NCBI GenBank assembly: GCA_964430885.1
Contig: CAYSHM010000006.1
Coordinates: 75,803-139,802 of the forward strand
Length of the DNA: 64,000 nucleotides
Direction: 5' to 3'
Source of the DNA: an uncultured archaeon
Lineage (GTDB): Archaea; Thermoplasmatota; Penumbrarchaeia; JASLWR01
This document shows positions 18,504-28,166 of the stretch, piece after piece; the first letter of the stretch is position 1, and every line of letters begins with the position of its first letter. The notes under the pieces are model-generated. The model saw only the letters and a program-made list of their open reading frames with translations. It searched no databases and was not told the origin of the DNA. A program made the position numbers and the translations under genes.

Positions 18504-19260
18504 TGTGATCTTCCAAAAGGAAAATGTTCCCGATTGCCAGAATGCGGTATTGATAGAGGGATTACCGGGAATAGGACGGGTAGGTCAGATAGCAGCAGAT
18601 TATTTGGTGGAAAAATTGAATTCGGAAAAATTTATCACAATTTATTCACCCTTCTTTCCTCCTCAGGTTATGGTTGATGATGAGGGTCTGGTTCATCCCA
18701 TGATTCAGGAAATGCATCACTGCATCACTAAATCAGGACGTCATTTACTGTTCTTAACCGGAGACTATCAGGGTTTGACTGGCGAAGCCCAGTATGCTCT
18801 CAGTCATGAAGTATTGAAACTCGCAAGCTCCATGGATGTGAAAGAGATCATAACTCTAGGTGGTTACGGTGTTAGAAAGATACTTGAAGAACCCAGGGTA
18901 CTCGGTGCTGCCACTTCAAATGAAATTGTCTCCAAAATGGAGGAATTTCAGGTTGTGTTCAAAAGCGAACACCCCACGGGCGGTATTGTAGGAGCATCCG
19001 GTATATTGCTTGGATTGGCTCCGCTGTTTGATCTTGAAGGGGTTTGCCTAATGGGTGAGACCCATGGTGCCTATCCAGATCATATTGCTGCAAAGATGAT
19101 ATTGAAGGTGCTGGATGCATATCTGGATCTGGATCTTGTTTATGATGATCTGGATGAACCCTCTCCCGCCCTGGAGGCCCTGAAGGCCCAGATAAAGGAA
19201 ATGGATCAGGAAGCAGAAAAAGGTTACAAGGAAGAACAAGAACTGAACTATTTTGTATGA
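18484..19260 (+). CDS. PAC2-family proteasome assembly chaperone
   Basis: 'NAVLIEGLPGIGRVGQIAADYLVEKL' N-terminal motif. Start uncertain (ATGs at 18484/18493/18496); overlaps nop10 3' end. Confidence 0.65.
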   Translation: MMRMMDSVIFQKENVPDCQNAVLIEGLPGIGRVGQIAADYLVEKLNSEKFITIYSPFFPPQVMVDDEGLVHPMIQEMHHCITKSGRHLLFLTGDYQGLTGEAQYALSHEVLKLASSMDVKEIITLGGYGVRKILEEPRVLGAATSNEIVSKMEEFQVVFKSEHPTGGIVGASGILLGLAPLFDLEGVCLMGETHGAYPDHIAAKMILKVLDAYLDLDLVYDDLDEPSPALEALKAQIKEMDQEAEKGYKEEQELNYFV

Positions 19261-19426
19261 TTTACCTTGATCTTTTATGAATTACCGATGATCTCTCACC
19301 GGACTCTATTTCTTTCTTTCCAGCAGCTCTCTTTCTGAAAAGGATTCCAAAAATATTATTAGATGTAAGTTCGATGTAGTGTAGCATAGTAATTTTTTCA
19401 AGCTGCATAAGTATGTACATAGGGTT

Positions 19427-22400
19427 ATGGGAGTTCATCATATGGCCGCAACTTTTTCAGGTAAGAAAGGTATCTATTCAGTTATTTTAATAATTATTAT
19501 TATTTTATGTGGTTACTCAGGTTTTATCCCATTGGTGTTGAGGAATGAAGACCAATTTATATGTTCCTTATTGCCGTCCGATCCAAATTCTGAGGACAAT
19601 GATGAGATTATAGATGGCAATATTGATAATGATATAATTACAAGAGGGAAAGGTTGGTTCTACCAAATGATCGACTTTCGGGACGAATCGGGTTTGGGGC
19701 AATCACCTTCTGCCAGATTTGACTCCATAGGGAATCTTCATGTAGGGTACGAGGATAGAGAAGCGGACCGCTTGAAATATACTTACTGGAACGGAAACCA
19801 ATGGGATATCCAAGTAATTGCCGGTTCAGATCCGGGGGATCCCATTGATACGGAAGGGCGTCCTTATATGGTGCTTGATGATATTGATAGTCCCCATTTT
19901 GCCTATATTGATGATGATGAACACCTCAAGCACACTTACTGGGACAACGACCATTGGGCCCATGAAATTGTGGATGGCATTTCCCAGTGCAAGGGTTATA
20001 CTCCTCTGGTAATAGATGGGAACGGCAGTATTCATGTGACGTATTATGATTCTATTATTACTGCCTTGAAGTATGCCTATTTCGATGGTAATTTCTGGAA
20101 TGCCACCGTTGTGGATTCATTCGGAGACGTGGGTGAGTATTGTTCAATAGCCGTGGATTCGGAGAACAATCCCCATATTAGCTATTTTAATGATTCGGCG
20201 GACGATCTTAAATATGCAACCTTTAACGGAATGTCCTGGAGCAACCAAACAGTTGATTCCACGGGTTTTGTAGGCCAATACACATCTATAGCAATCGGGA
20301 CTGATCAGCACCCTAGGATCAGTTACAGAGACGTGACCAACCGATTTCTGAAATTTGCGTTCTTCTTCAACGGGAACTGGACCATCGAATCCGCAGATTC
20401 AACACCCCAGGATGTTGGAAAGGACTGCAGTCTTTTTCTGGATTCATCGGATAATCCTCATATTTCATATTTTGATGATTCCTGGAATGACCTGAGGTAT
20501 GTTCATCATGACGGTGAGCAGTGGAACATGGGGATAATAGATTCCGATTCAACAGCTGGAGACTACACCTGTATTGCTCTAAATGGGACTGACAGTCCTC
20601 ACATTTTTTATCATAGGGAAAATGACGGCGAGCATACCTTGGAATATGCAAATCTGATAGAGGAGTACAGCAACCCTTTCCTAATTTCAGATGAGACTGC
20701 CGAGTATGGTACTACAGGTGAAAAGCTCCAGTTCAATATAAGCGCGGGCGATAATTTTGCAGTTAAGAATGTTAAGGTGAATTGGGAACACAACGGAACC
20801 AGCGAGAACCTTTCCCTTGTTGAGGGTAATTCATTTTGGATTGGAGAGGCCGAAATAGAGCACGATTTGGCTACTCTAAACTATACTATCTACATAGAGG
20901 ATTACTGTCAGAACCATTACAATAGCCATCAGTTCAGAGTAAATATCAGTGATGATGACCTTCCGGTGATTATTGGTGATTCAAGTCCGAATTTCGGAAC
21001 TACTGGTGATATTTTTAGATTTAATATAACTGCCTATGATAATATTGGACTGGATACTATAAAAGTCAACTGGACCCATGGGAATCTGGCTGGAAATACT
21101 ACATTGACCGAATCCATAGATGGCTATTGGAATTCCAGTATAATACTTGATCATAACCTTAGCGATATGAACTATACTATCTTCATAAATGATACATCAA
21201 ACAACAGCATAACAGTGCCGGGGGTACCAGTGAATATTTCAGATGATGATCTTCCGGTTCTCATAGAAGACATGTCCCCTCTATCAGGAACAACAGGTGA
21301 TGATTTCCTTATACAATTGTCACTGGATGATAATATAGGTGTTGAAGGTGCATTCGTGAACTGGAGTCACGGCGGTTTAGATGATAATATCTCCTTGGTG
21401 CTGCAAAGGGGTCGATGGACCAGGACAATACAGCTGGACCATAACCTTTCTGATTTGCAGTACTATGTATTCTTCAATGATACCTCTGGTAACAGCAATG
21501 CAACCCCGGTTCTCAATATAGAAGTTCACGACAATGACCTTCCCTATCTGGATGACATAAGCCCTGACAATGGCACCACAGGGGATCCGTTCGAGTTCAG
21601 AATCACTACTGGAGACAATATAGATGTCGGAAGTGTTAATATATCCTGGGAACATGGGAATCTGAGCGGTAATGCTCCTCTTGCTGAGGAAGGCCCCAAC
21701 CTTTGGATGGGCACCATCTTTCTCGACCATTCCATTGAACATCTATCCTATTATGTGCAGGTAAATGATACCGCAGGCAACAGTGTCAATCATCAGGGGC
21801 CAATGGTCCATGTAATGGATAACGATGATCCTTTTATTCAGAATGATAATTCCAGCGGCACAGGATCCACCGGTGATAATTACACGTTTTTGATACAGCC
21901 TTTGGATGATGTTTGGGTCAGCAGTGTGCTTGTCGACTGGAATCACGGTGAGGCCGATGGCAGGCTAGAACTGATCAAGAACAATACTGGATTCTGGGAG
22001 GGCATTGTTTCTCTAGTTGATGATATTGGTGATCTGGAATATACAGTACAGATAAACGATAGTTCGGGAAATTATCACATTAGTTCCAAGCGTTTCATTA
22101 TGATATTGGATAATGATATTCCTATGATTAGGGAGAACAACTGTCCGAATTTCGGGACCACTGGCGATGAATATATTTTCAGTATGGAACCATGGGATAA
22201 TATCGAGGTTGATAGTGTCAATGTGAGTTTTAATCATGGTCCGATGGATGAAAACATTGAGCTAGAAAAAGGACTTGGTGATTCCTGGTCTGCTAAGATT
22301 TACATGGCTCATTCTCTATCGAATCTCGAATATTCCTTTCAGGTAAATGATACTTCAGGTAATTTTTATCGAAATGAATTGACAAATGTCCAAGTATTCG

Positions 22401-24034
22401 ATAACGATGACCCCCAATTCATATCCAATCTTACCCTTGGGACCTCAACAACCGGGGGAAATATCATATTCAAAATCAATGCCAAGGACAATATTGGGAT
22501 ACAGAGCGTGAAAGTGCAGTACAGTTATGGTGAGCCCTGGGCCGAATTCACCTACTTGATTCCATATGTAGGCAATTTCACCTATGAAAAGACCATTGTG
22601 ACATATGATACCATTGATCCCCTGTTTTACCGATTCATTATTGAAGATAGCAATGGTAACTCTTTCACCACTGATTATTCACCCATACTGATATCGGATA
22701 ATGACGATCCGGTTATTATACATGATGATACCCCCCGGCGGGTATCTCTGCTGGAATTCCTGAATTTCCAAGTCAATACGGTAGATAATGTGGGGCTGGA
22801 CAATGTCAAGGTGTATTTTGGATACGGAGTAAATGTAAACCTTACAATTCTGGAACTGACTTCAAACGAGCAGATGGAAGAAAATTATACCGGTATTCTA
22901 GTCCTGGACATCAATGCAACAGCTGATCTTCTATATTTTATCCGGGCAGTTGATACAAGCGGCAACCAAGCAACTACAAAAATGAAAATGATCAATATAT
23001 CTGAACTCCATGAGGATTTTGACGGCGATGGAATAATAGATTTTAGGGATGAAGATGATGACAACGATACCATCCCGGATGACTGGGAGATCAATTTCGG
23101 TCTTAACCCTTACAACCGATCTGACAGTTCAAATGACATGGAAGGAGACGGACTTATGAACCTCTATGAATACCAGAATGGTTTGAATCCGACCTCCAAC
23201 GATACAGATAATGACGGAATGCCTGACGGTTGGGAGGTCATAAACAATTTGGATCCCTTGAAGAACGATGCGAATCTCGATCCAGATCGGGATAATCTGC
23301 CGAATACTGACGAATACCGAATTGGAAGTGATCCCCGAAATCATGATTCAGACGGTGATTACTGGACAGATGGTGATGAGGTTACAAGAGGCTCTGATCC
23401 CCTTGATATCAATTCTTTCCCTTCGGATCCGGGAGATGATGGAATACTCTTTAATCTGTTTGGAATTGGTATAGATATAAAGGATATATTGGGTATTACC
23501 GCGTCCCTGCTTTCCTTCCTTCTAGCATATCTACTGTTAACCAGAAGAAGACGAAAGTATCAGCATTATGTTTTGAAAATTGCCGAGATCAATGATCTTG
23601 ATAAGCTGGTTGAATATTATCGGGTGGAAATATTAACTGCCATCAAGAATGAGCAGATCACACCTCATCATGCAGTAATAATCAAAGAGGATTATACCAA
23701 ACGCAGGGAAGAATTACAGGATATGGATAATTCCGGGGACGGATCGAGAGAGGAAATCGCACATTCTTCAATTTCAAAAGAAGATGATGAACAGGATTCC
23801 GAAAGTGATGAAGCAGGTTTTTCAGCCCCAGTCCTTGACGAAGATCAACACCCGGAACAGAATGACCATGATGTCGATGAAATTCTAACCGATTCAGAAA
23901 AATCAGCCGATGATTTTGAGACCAGTCCTGATGATGATGAAGATGATGTTGATTTTGAGATCGATACTTCCTTTGATGAAGACGACAATGTAATAACTCC
24001 GGCTGATCTTTTTGAGGATAACTTCGATATGTAG
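19427..24034 (+). CDS. Giant (1535 aa) surface protein: N-terminal anchor, beta-propeller-like repeats, about ten 100-aa repeat modules, thrombospondin-type-3-like Asp-rich region, C-terminal TM helix and acidic tail
   Basis: Recurrent 'DNDLP...SP.FGTTGD.F.F.I...DNIG...V.VNW.HG...N..L...............LDH.LS...Y.....DTSGN' modules; 'DGDGIIDFRDEDDDNDTIPDDWE...DTDNDGMPDGWE' region; TM 'ITASLLSFLLAYLLL' followed by RRRRK. Confidence 0.6.
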   Translation: MGVHHMAATFSGKKGIYSVILIIIIILCGYSGFIPLVLRNEDQFICSLLPSDPNSEDNDEIIDGNIDNDIITRGKGWFYQMIDFRDESGLGQSPSARFDSIGNLHVGYEDREADRLKYTYWNGNQWDIQVIAGSDPGDPIDTEGRPYMVLDDIDSPHFAYIDDDEHLKHTYWDNDHWAHEIVDGISQCKGYTPLVIDGNGSIHVTYYDSIITALKYAYFDGNFWNATVVDSFGDVGEYCSIAVDSENNPHISYFNDSADDLKYATFNGMSWSNQTVDSTGFVGQYTSIAIGTDQHPRISYRDVTNRFLKFAFFFNGNWTIESADSTPQDVGKDCSLFLDSSDNPHISYFDDSWNDLRYVHHDGEQWNMGIIDSDSTAGDYTCIALNGTDSPHIFYHRENDGEHTLEYANLIEEYSNPFLISDETAEYGTTGEKLQFNISAGDNFAVKNVKVNWEHNGTSENLSLVEGNSFWIGEAEIEHDLATLNYTIYIEDYCQNHYNSHQFRVNISDDDLPVIIGDSSPNFGTTGDIFRFNITAYDNIGLDTIKVNWTHGNLAGNTTLTESIDGYWNSSIILDHNLSDMNYTIFINDTSNNSITVPGVPVNISDDDLPVLIEDMSPLSGTTGDDFLIQLSLDDNIGVEGAFVNWSHGGLDDNISLVLQRGRWTRTIQLDHNLSDLQYYVFFNDTSGNSNATPVLNIEVHDNDLPYLDDISPDNGTTGDPFEFRITTGDNIDVGSVNISWEHGNLSGNAPLAEEGPNLWMGTIFLDHSIEHLSYYVQVNDTAGNSVNHQGPMVHVMDNDDPFIQNDNSSGTGSTGDNYTFLIQPLDDVWVSSVLVDWNHGEADGRLELIKNNTGFWEGIVSLVDDIGDLEYTVQINDSSGNYHISSKRFIMILDNDIPMIRENNCPNFGTTGDEYIFSMEPWDNIEVDSVNVSFNHGPMDENIELEKGLGDSWSAKIYMAHSLSNLEYSFQVNDTSGNFYRNELTNVQVFDNDDPQFISNLTLGTSTTGGNIIFKINAKDNIGIQSVKVQYSYGEPWAEFTYLIPYVGNFTYEKTIVTYDTIDPLFYRFIIEDSNGNSFTTDYSPILISDNDDPVIIHDDTPRRVSLLEFLNFQVNTVDNVGLDNVKVYFGYGVNVNLTILELTSNEQMEENYTGILVLDINATADLLYFIRAVDTSGNQATTKMKMINISELHEDFDGDGIIDFRDEDDDNDTIPDDWEINFGLNPYNRSDSSNDMEGDGLMNLYEYQNGLNPTSNDTDNDGMPDGWEVINNLDPLKNDANLDPDRDNLPNTDEYRIGSDPRNHDSDGDYWTDGDEVTRGSDPLDINSFPSDPGDDGILFNLFGIGIDIKDILGITASLLSFLLAYLLLTRRRRKYQHYVLKIAEINDLDKLVEYYRVEILTAIKNEQITPHHAVIIKEDYTKRREELQDMDNSGDGSREEIAHSSISKEDDEQDSESDEAGFSAPVLDEDQHPEQNDHDVDEILTDSEKSADDFETSPDDDEDDVDFEIDTSFDEDDNVITPADLFEDNFDM

Positions 24035-24110
24035 AAAATGGGGGAAAATGAAAACTTGATGAGAATATGATGGTAAATTCAATATTTATTACCATTTTTA
24101 TGTTCAATGG

Positions 24111-25031
24111 GTGTTAAATTTGGATGGGACAGTCTCTAAAGAGTTCAGGAAGGATATCGTGAACAGTTATTCAGGTCTAGAGGAATTGCCGCGCTTTCCG
24201 ATTCTAGATAATCATTTGCATCTGGACCCCTCAGGTTGCGCCCCCCGAGTATTGAAGGATTTTGTTGATTTTGGAGGTACCCATATTGTAGTGGTTCACA
24301 AACCCTATCGGCAGAGACCCATTTTAAAAAAGGATGATTTCAATAAGAGCTTTGATATTACTGTAGGTCTTGCAGATAACATAGAGAACGATACTCCCCT
24401 CTCAGTAATCAAAATGATAGGTCCTTATCCGGTGAACCTTATTCATCTGGAAAAAAAACACGGACTTGAAAAAGCTGAGGATATAATGATCCAAGGTATG
24501 GAATTGGCTGGCAAGTATGTCGAAGAAGGGAAGGCTCAGGGCATAGGGGAGATAGGTCGGCCTCATTTTGATGTGCATCCCGAAATAATCGATGCATCCA
24601 ACCGAATACTAGAGCATGGCCTTTCAATTGCCAGTGATCTGGAGTGTCCGGTTCATCTTCATACAGAGTCGGGGAATTCCGAACTTTTTCTGGAGATATC
24701 ATATATGGCAAAAAGAGCCGGTTGTGATCTGGACAAGGTTGTGAAGCATTTCTCGGGACCAATGGTGGATCTTATTGAAAACCATGGTCTTTTTCCATCC
24801 GTTCTAGCAAGCAGCAGAAATGTGAAAACCGCAGTTGTCAAGAATACTAGATTTGTAATGGAAACAGATTATATGGATGATCCCAAAAGACCTGGGGCCG
24901 TGATGGTTCCCAAGACCATACCTAAAAGGACATTTGAATTGATATCCAAAGGTCTTTTGGATGAAAAGGGAGTATATGATATTCATTCATATTGGCCAGG
25001 CCGGATCTACAACATGGATTTTGATCTGTAG
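24111..25031 (+). CDS. TatD-related metal-dependent hydrolase (TIM-barrel)
   Basis: 'ILDNHLHLDP' and 'VHLHTE' His motifs; GTG start (no in-frame ATG near the 5' end). Confidence 0.45.
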   Translation: MLNLDGTVSKEFRKDIVNSYSGLEELPRFPILDNHLHLDPSGCAPRVLKDFVDFGGTHIVVVHKPYRQRPILKKDDFNKSFDITVGLADNIENDTPLSVIKMIGPYPVNLIHLEKKHGLEKAEDIMIQGMELAGKYVEEGKAQGIGEIGRPHFDVHPEIIDASNRILEHGLSIASDLECPVHLHTESGNSELFLEISYMAKRAGCDLDKVVKHFSGPMVDLIENHGLFPSVLASSRNVKTAVVKNTRFVMETDYMDDPKRPGAVMVPKTIPKRTFELISKGLLDEKGVYDIHSYWPGRIYNMDFDL

Positions 25032-25083
25032 TAATAATGGGCTGATATTGATCAATAGGATGTATGCTAGGCCCCTCTAAATC

Positions 25084-26034
25084 TCATTTTTTCTTCTTGC
25101 CCTTCTTATTTTCCTCGCCTAAATTGAGTTTGCCAGTATTTAGAAGTATTTTGAGGTCTTCAAGTCCCATCTTTTCGCTGTTATCAAGCTTCTTCTTGGC
25201 CACTGCTATCTTTTCTCTCTTGGAAAGCCTGATCCTGTCCCCCTTGAACCTGCTTTTCTTTCTCTTCAGATAAGAATGATCCTTTCGAATACGGTCCTTG
25301 GCCATTTTCACTGCCTGGGTAGTGAGGTTCAGATCATTCACCTCTCTTTTGAGATCCTCAATCTTTTTCTTGATGTCGTCAATGTTCTTGCTGACATTGT
25401 TCTTCTCCTTGAACTTGGCAATGGATTCAAAATGTGCATCCTGTGAGGTTTTTTTAATCTCATTTATTTCTTGAAGAATCGTATTCTTTTTCTTCTCGTT
25501 TTCCTTGAGCTGGTGATAGTTTTCTGTGATTTTCTGATGTTTCTCATCCGCTATTGCGGATATTTGTGTTCTCTTTCTTAGATCTATGAACATCGAATAA
25601 ATGCGTATCTCTTCCTTGAGGCTAATCTCTCTGGTCAATAAGGTCTTGAACTGCTCAATTAGTGAATTCTCAAGATAACCCAGGGTTCCTCTGGCTTCTT
25701 TGTTGAATTCGTTTCTTTCGCCCTTGAGTTCCTTTATATTTTCCGCATGTTTATCCATGTTCTTCTGGTATTTCTTGAAATCGTTCCACATTGGTTTGAG
25801 TTTTGTCTGAAGTGCATCCCTCTTTTTCTGGAGCTCCTTCCCTTCCTTTATCAGTTTTTTAACCAGTGCGATCTGTTCCCCTTTCTTCTTGTAGAGTTCA
25901 TCTATCTCATTTCTTTTCCGGTCTATTAACGTTATTGTATCACTAAGCTTTTTTTCCTTGGATTGGGAGAGCTTCTCCTTGCTTTGTATAGCTTTATCAA
26001 GTTCTTCCTTTGTCTCGAATATTTCCTGCGGCAT
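25084..26034 (-). CDS. Lys/Glu-rich coiled-coil protein
   Basis: Highly charged heptad-like sequence; probable start at internal Met (MPQEIF...) immediately after the upstream gene's stop. Confidence 0.45.
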   Translation of the reverse strand: MPQEIFETKEELDKAIQSKEKLSQSKEKKLSDTITLIDRKRNEIDELYKKKGEQIALVKKLIKEGKELQKKRDALQTKLKPMWNDFKKYQKNMDKHAENIKELKGERNEFNKEARGTLGYLENSLIEQFKTLLTREISLKEEIRIYSMFIDLRKRTQISAIADEKHQKITENYHQLKENEKKKNTILQEINEIKKTSQDAHFESIAKFKEKNNVSKNIDDIKKKIEDLKREVNDLNLTTQAVKMAKDRIRKDHSYLKRKKSRFKGDRIRLSKREKIAVAKKKLDNSEKMGLEDLKILLNTGKLNLGEENKKGKKKK

Positions 26035-26035
26035 A

Positions 26036-27193
26036 TTACTCCCCCCTATCTTCTGCTTTTTCGGGTGTTCCGTTTCCCTTTTTATCTTCCCCAGTTTCCT
26101 TCGGATCATTTTTTTCTTCAGGTTCTTCGATTAATTCGAACTCAATAATACTGCTCTGTTCTTCAAGTTTTTTGTCATCTGTTTCCTTTTGATCCTTATC
26201 CGTTTTCTTTTCATCTTCCTTGGTCTTGATCACCTTTTCCGGACGATCGGCGGACACTTCATTTATTTTTTCTTTGTTCTCAATAGAGGCACCCTGTGGT
26301 TCGGAAGTTTCTTGTTTTTCCTTAATTTCCTTTTCCACACCCGCTACATTTTCCGCCATTTTTCTCTTGGTCTCACCTTTAACCACAATAGGTTTGTCAT
26401 TTTTTGTTTTTATTTCCTTCTCTTTATAAACCGGTATTTCCCTGTTTGTCCAATATTCCAACGCTTCATCGTGCTTTATTATCCATCTCTTCATCCTTTC
26501 CAGTTCCCAGTTGTTTGTATTGAATTCCTTTTTAATTTTAACAAGTTCTTCATGATGGACGTTTCCTTCCTTGACAAGTTCAAGCATGGTACCATGAACC
26601 TTTTCCTTATCCACCATTGTTTGGAGGATCTCCTTTTCAAGCCGGGATATTTCATCCTCCCTTTCCTTATCCTTTTCAATACGTCTGTTGATCTTGTTGA
26701 TCTGGGCATAACACAGTTTTGCCTCTTCCATTAACCGCCTTTCGGTTTCAAGGTCGATACCTTCAGTCTCCAGTTTCCAATCTACATCTCTCAGTTGGGA
26801 TTGGTACATTCTCATTCGTTTGCTGTCATCGGATGATAATTTGGATTCATTTATCAGGGTCAGATAACGGTCTTTGTTTTCCTTGATTTTCCTGAAAAGA
26901 GAGGTACGTATTTCCTTCTTCTCCTGAACCATTTTATTATAATTATCCCTCTCTTTTTGGATAGTCTTGATCTTATCCTCAAGTCCGGGCAGGGTCTTTT
27001 CCAGTTCCAGGATTTTATCCTTGTAAGTACTAGCAAAAGTATCATGTTTCTGAATAACTAAGGATATCAACCGCTCCTCAGTTATGGTCTTCAAGTCTTC
27101 ATTCTGGATGATTCCCTCTGCATTCTGTATTATTTCCTTCAAAATAATCCCTCTAAAATTAAAAATATATTGGTTGTAAAAAGATTTCAACAA
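26036..27193 (-). CDS. Coiled-coil protein with Lys/Glu/Asp-rich C-terminal tail
   Basis: Long ORF, TTG start, coiled-coil-like composition; apparently co-transcribed with 25084..26034. Confidence 0.45.
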   Translation of the reverse strand: MLKSFYNQYIFNFRGIILKEIIQNAEGIIQNEDLKTITEERLISLVIQKHDTFASTYKDKILELEKTLPGLEDKIKTIQKERDNYNKMVQEKKEIRTSLFRKIKENKDRYLTLINESKLSSDDSKRMRMYQSQLRDVDWKLETEGIDLETERRLMEEAKLCYAQINKINRRIEKDKEREDEISRLEKEILQTMVDKEKVHGTMLELVKEGNVHHEELVKIKKEFNTNNWELERMKRWIIKHDEALEYWTNREIPVYKEKEIKTKNDKPIVVKGETKRKMAENVAGVEKEIKEKQETSEPQGASIENKEKINEVSADRPEKVIKTKEDEKKTDKDQKETDDKKLEEQSSIIEFELIEEPEEKNDPKETGEDKKGNGTPEKAEDRGE

Positions 27194-27333
27194 AAACCAT
27201 TATTGCAACATTTTATGGATAATAAAAGAAAGAAGGGGAGCCACGTTCCCCTTCCATGCATTTTTATTTTTCAATTACCGGATTGTTAGTTTGTTGTTTT
27301 TCAAAAAATGTTTGTTTCAAGTTTCATCCTTGA

Positions 27334-27897
27334 TTATCTAAGACGTCCTCTGGCACCGCAGTTAGAGCAGGTGATTTCAATGGGTCTCTCATCAGAGGTA
27401 ACTGTGATATTACTTCCGCACTTGGGACACTTGATCTTTGTTGCCTCCTTCTTCTCCTCTTCCTCTTCCTCTTCCTCTTCTTCTTCGCCCCATTGTTCTT
27501 CAGTTTCCTCTTCTTCCTCTTCCTCTTCCTCTTCTTCTACCTCTTCTTCCTCCTCCACTTCCTCTTCCTCTTCCACTTCCTCTTCCACTTTTTCTTCTAC
27601 TGGTTTGGATCCCCTGGAACTAAGATAATCGGAAAGTGCTGCACGAACTACATCACCAACGGAAACTTTTTCCTCACTCATTACTTTATTAACGCCCATA
27701 ACTATCTTCTCAGGTATAACAACATGGATCTCCTCTGCGCCGTCCAATTCCTCTTCCAGATTTTCCAGAGCTCCAGCCATTGTGCTGATCCTCATGTCGC
27801 CATTTGCCATTTTGTCCTGAATTCGGGCTACTATTTCTTCCTTGGTGAGCCATTCTCCTGATACCTGTATTGTACCTTCATCAAGATTGATTTTCAT
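27334..27897 (-). CDS. Small acidic protein with poly-Glu linker and C-terminal C4 zinc ribbon
   Basis: 'KCPKCGSN...CSNCG' zinc ribbon; roughly 60-residue Glu/Val-rich linker. Confidence 0.5.
   Translation of the reverse strand: MKINLDEGTIQVSGEWLTKEEIVARIQDKMANGDMRISTMAGALENLEEELDGAEEIHVVIPEKIVMGVNKVMSEEKVSVGDVVRAALSDYLSSRGSKPVEEKVEEEVEEEEEVEEEEEVEEEEEEEEEEETEEQWGEEEEEEEEEEEKKEATKIKCPKCGSNITVTSDERPIEITCSNCGARGRLR
27440..27600. repeat. CTT/CTC-rich simple-sequence tract (GAA/GAG on coding strand) encoding poly-Glu
   Basis: Visible run 'cttcttctcctcttcctcttcctcttcctcttc...' spanning about 160 bp. Confidence 0.8.
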
Positions 27898-28166
27898 TGT
27901 ATAATTCCCCCTTTGTAAGGTTGCTTATAATATCATATCGACACATTATCATATTATTCAGTGCGTTCTATTTAGATATGAATTGTGCTATATATTATTT
28001 CTCTTGTATTTATTTATTCCGCTGTTACTCTATTACTGTACACCACCATGGTTTATGAATAATAATCAGTTTTTTTTTATTCCTTCAATGGTCTATTGTT
28101 GAATGCAATTATTCAGATGTGATTGGTAAACCACATAGGAGCTAACGATTTCAGTTTCAATTGGTT

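Noticed and set aside
27308-27861. Plus-strand poly-Ser, poly-Leu/Pro and poly-Phe/Leu ORFs
   Set aside because: Mirror translations of the GAA/GAG simple repeat that encodes the poly-Glu linker of the minus-strand gene.
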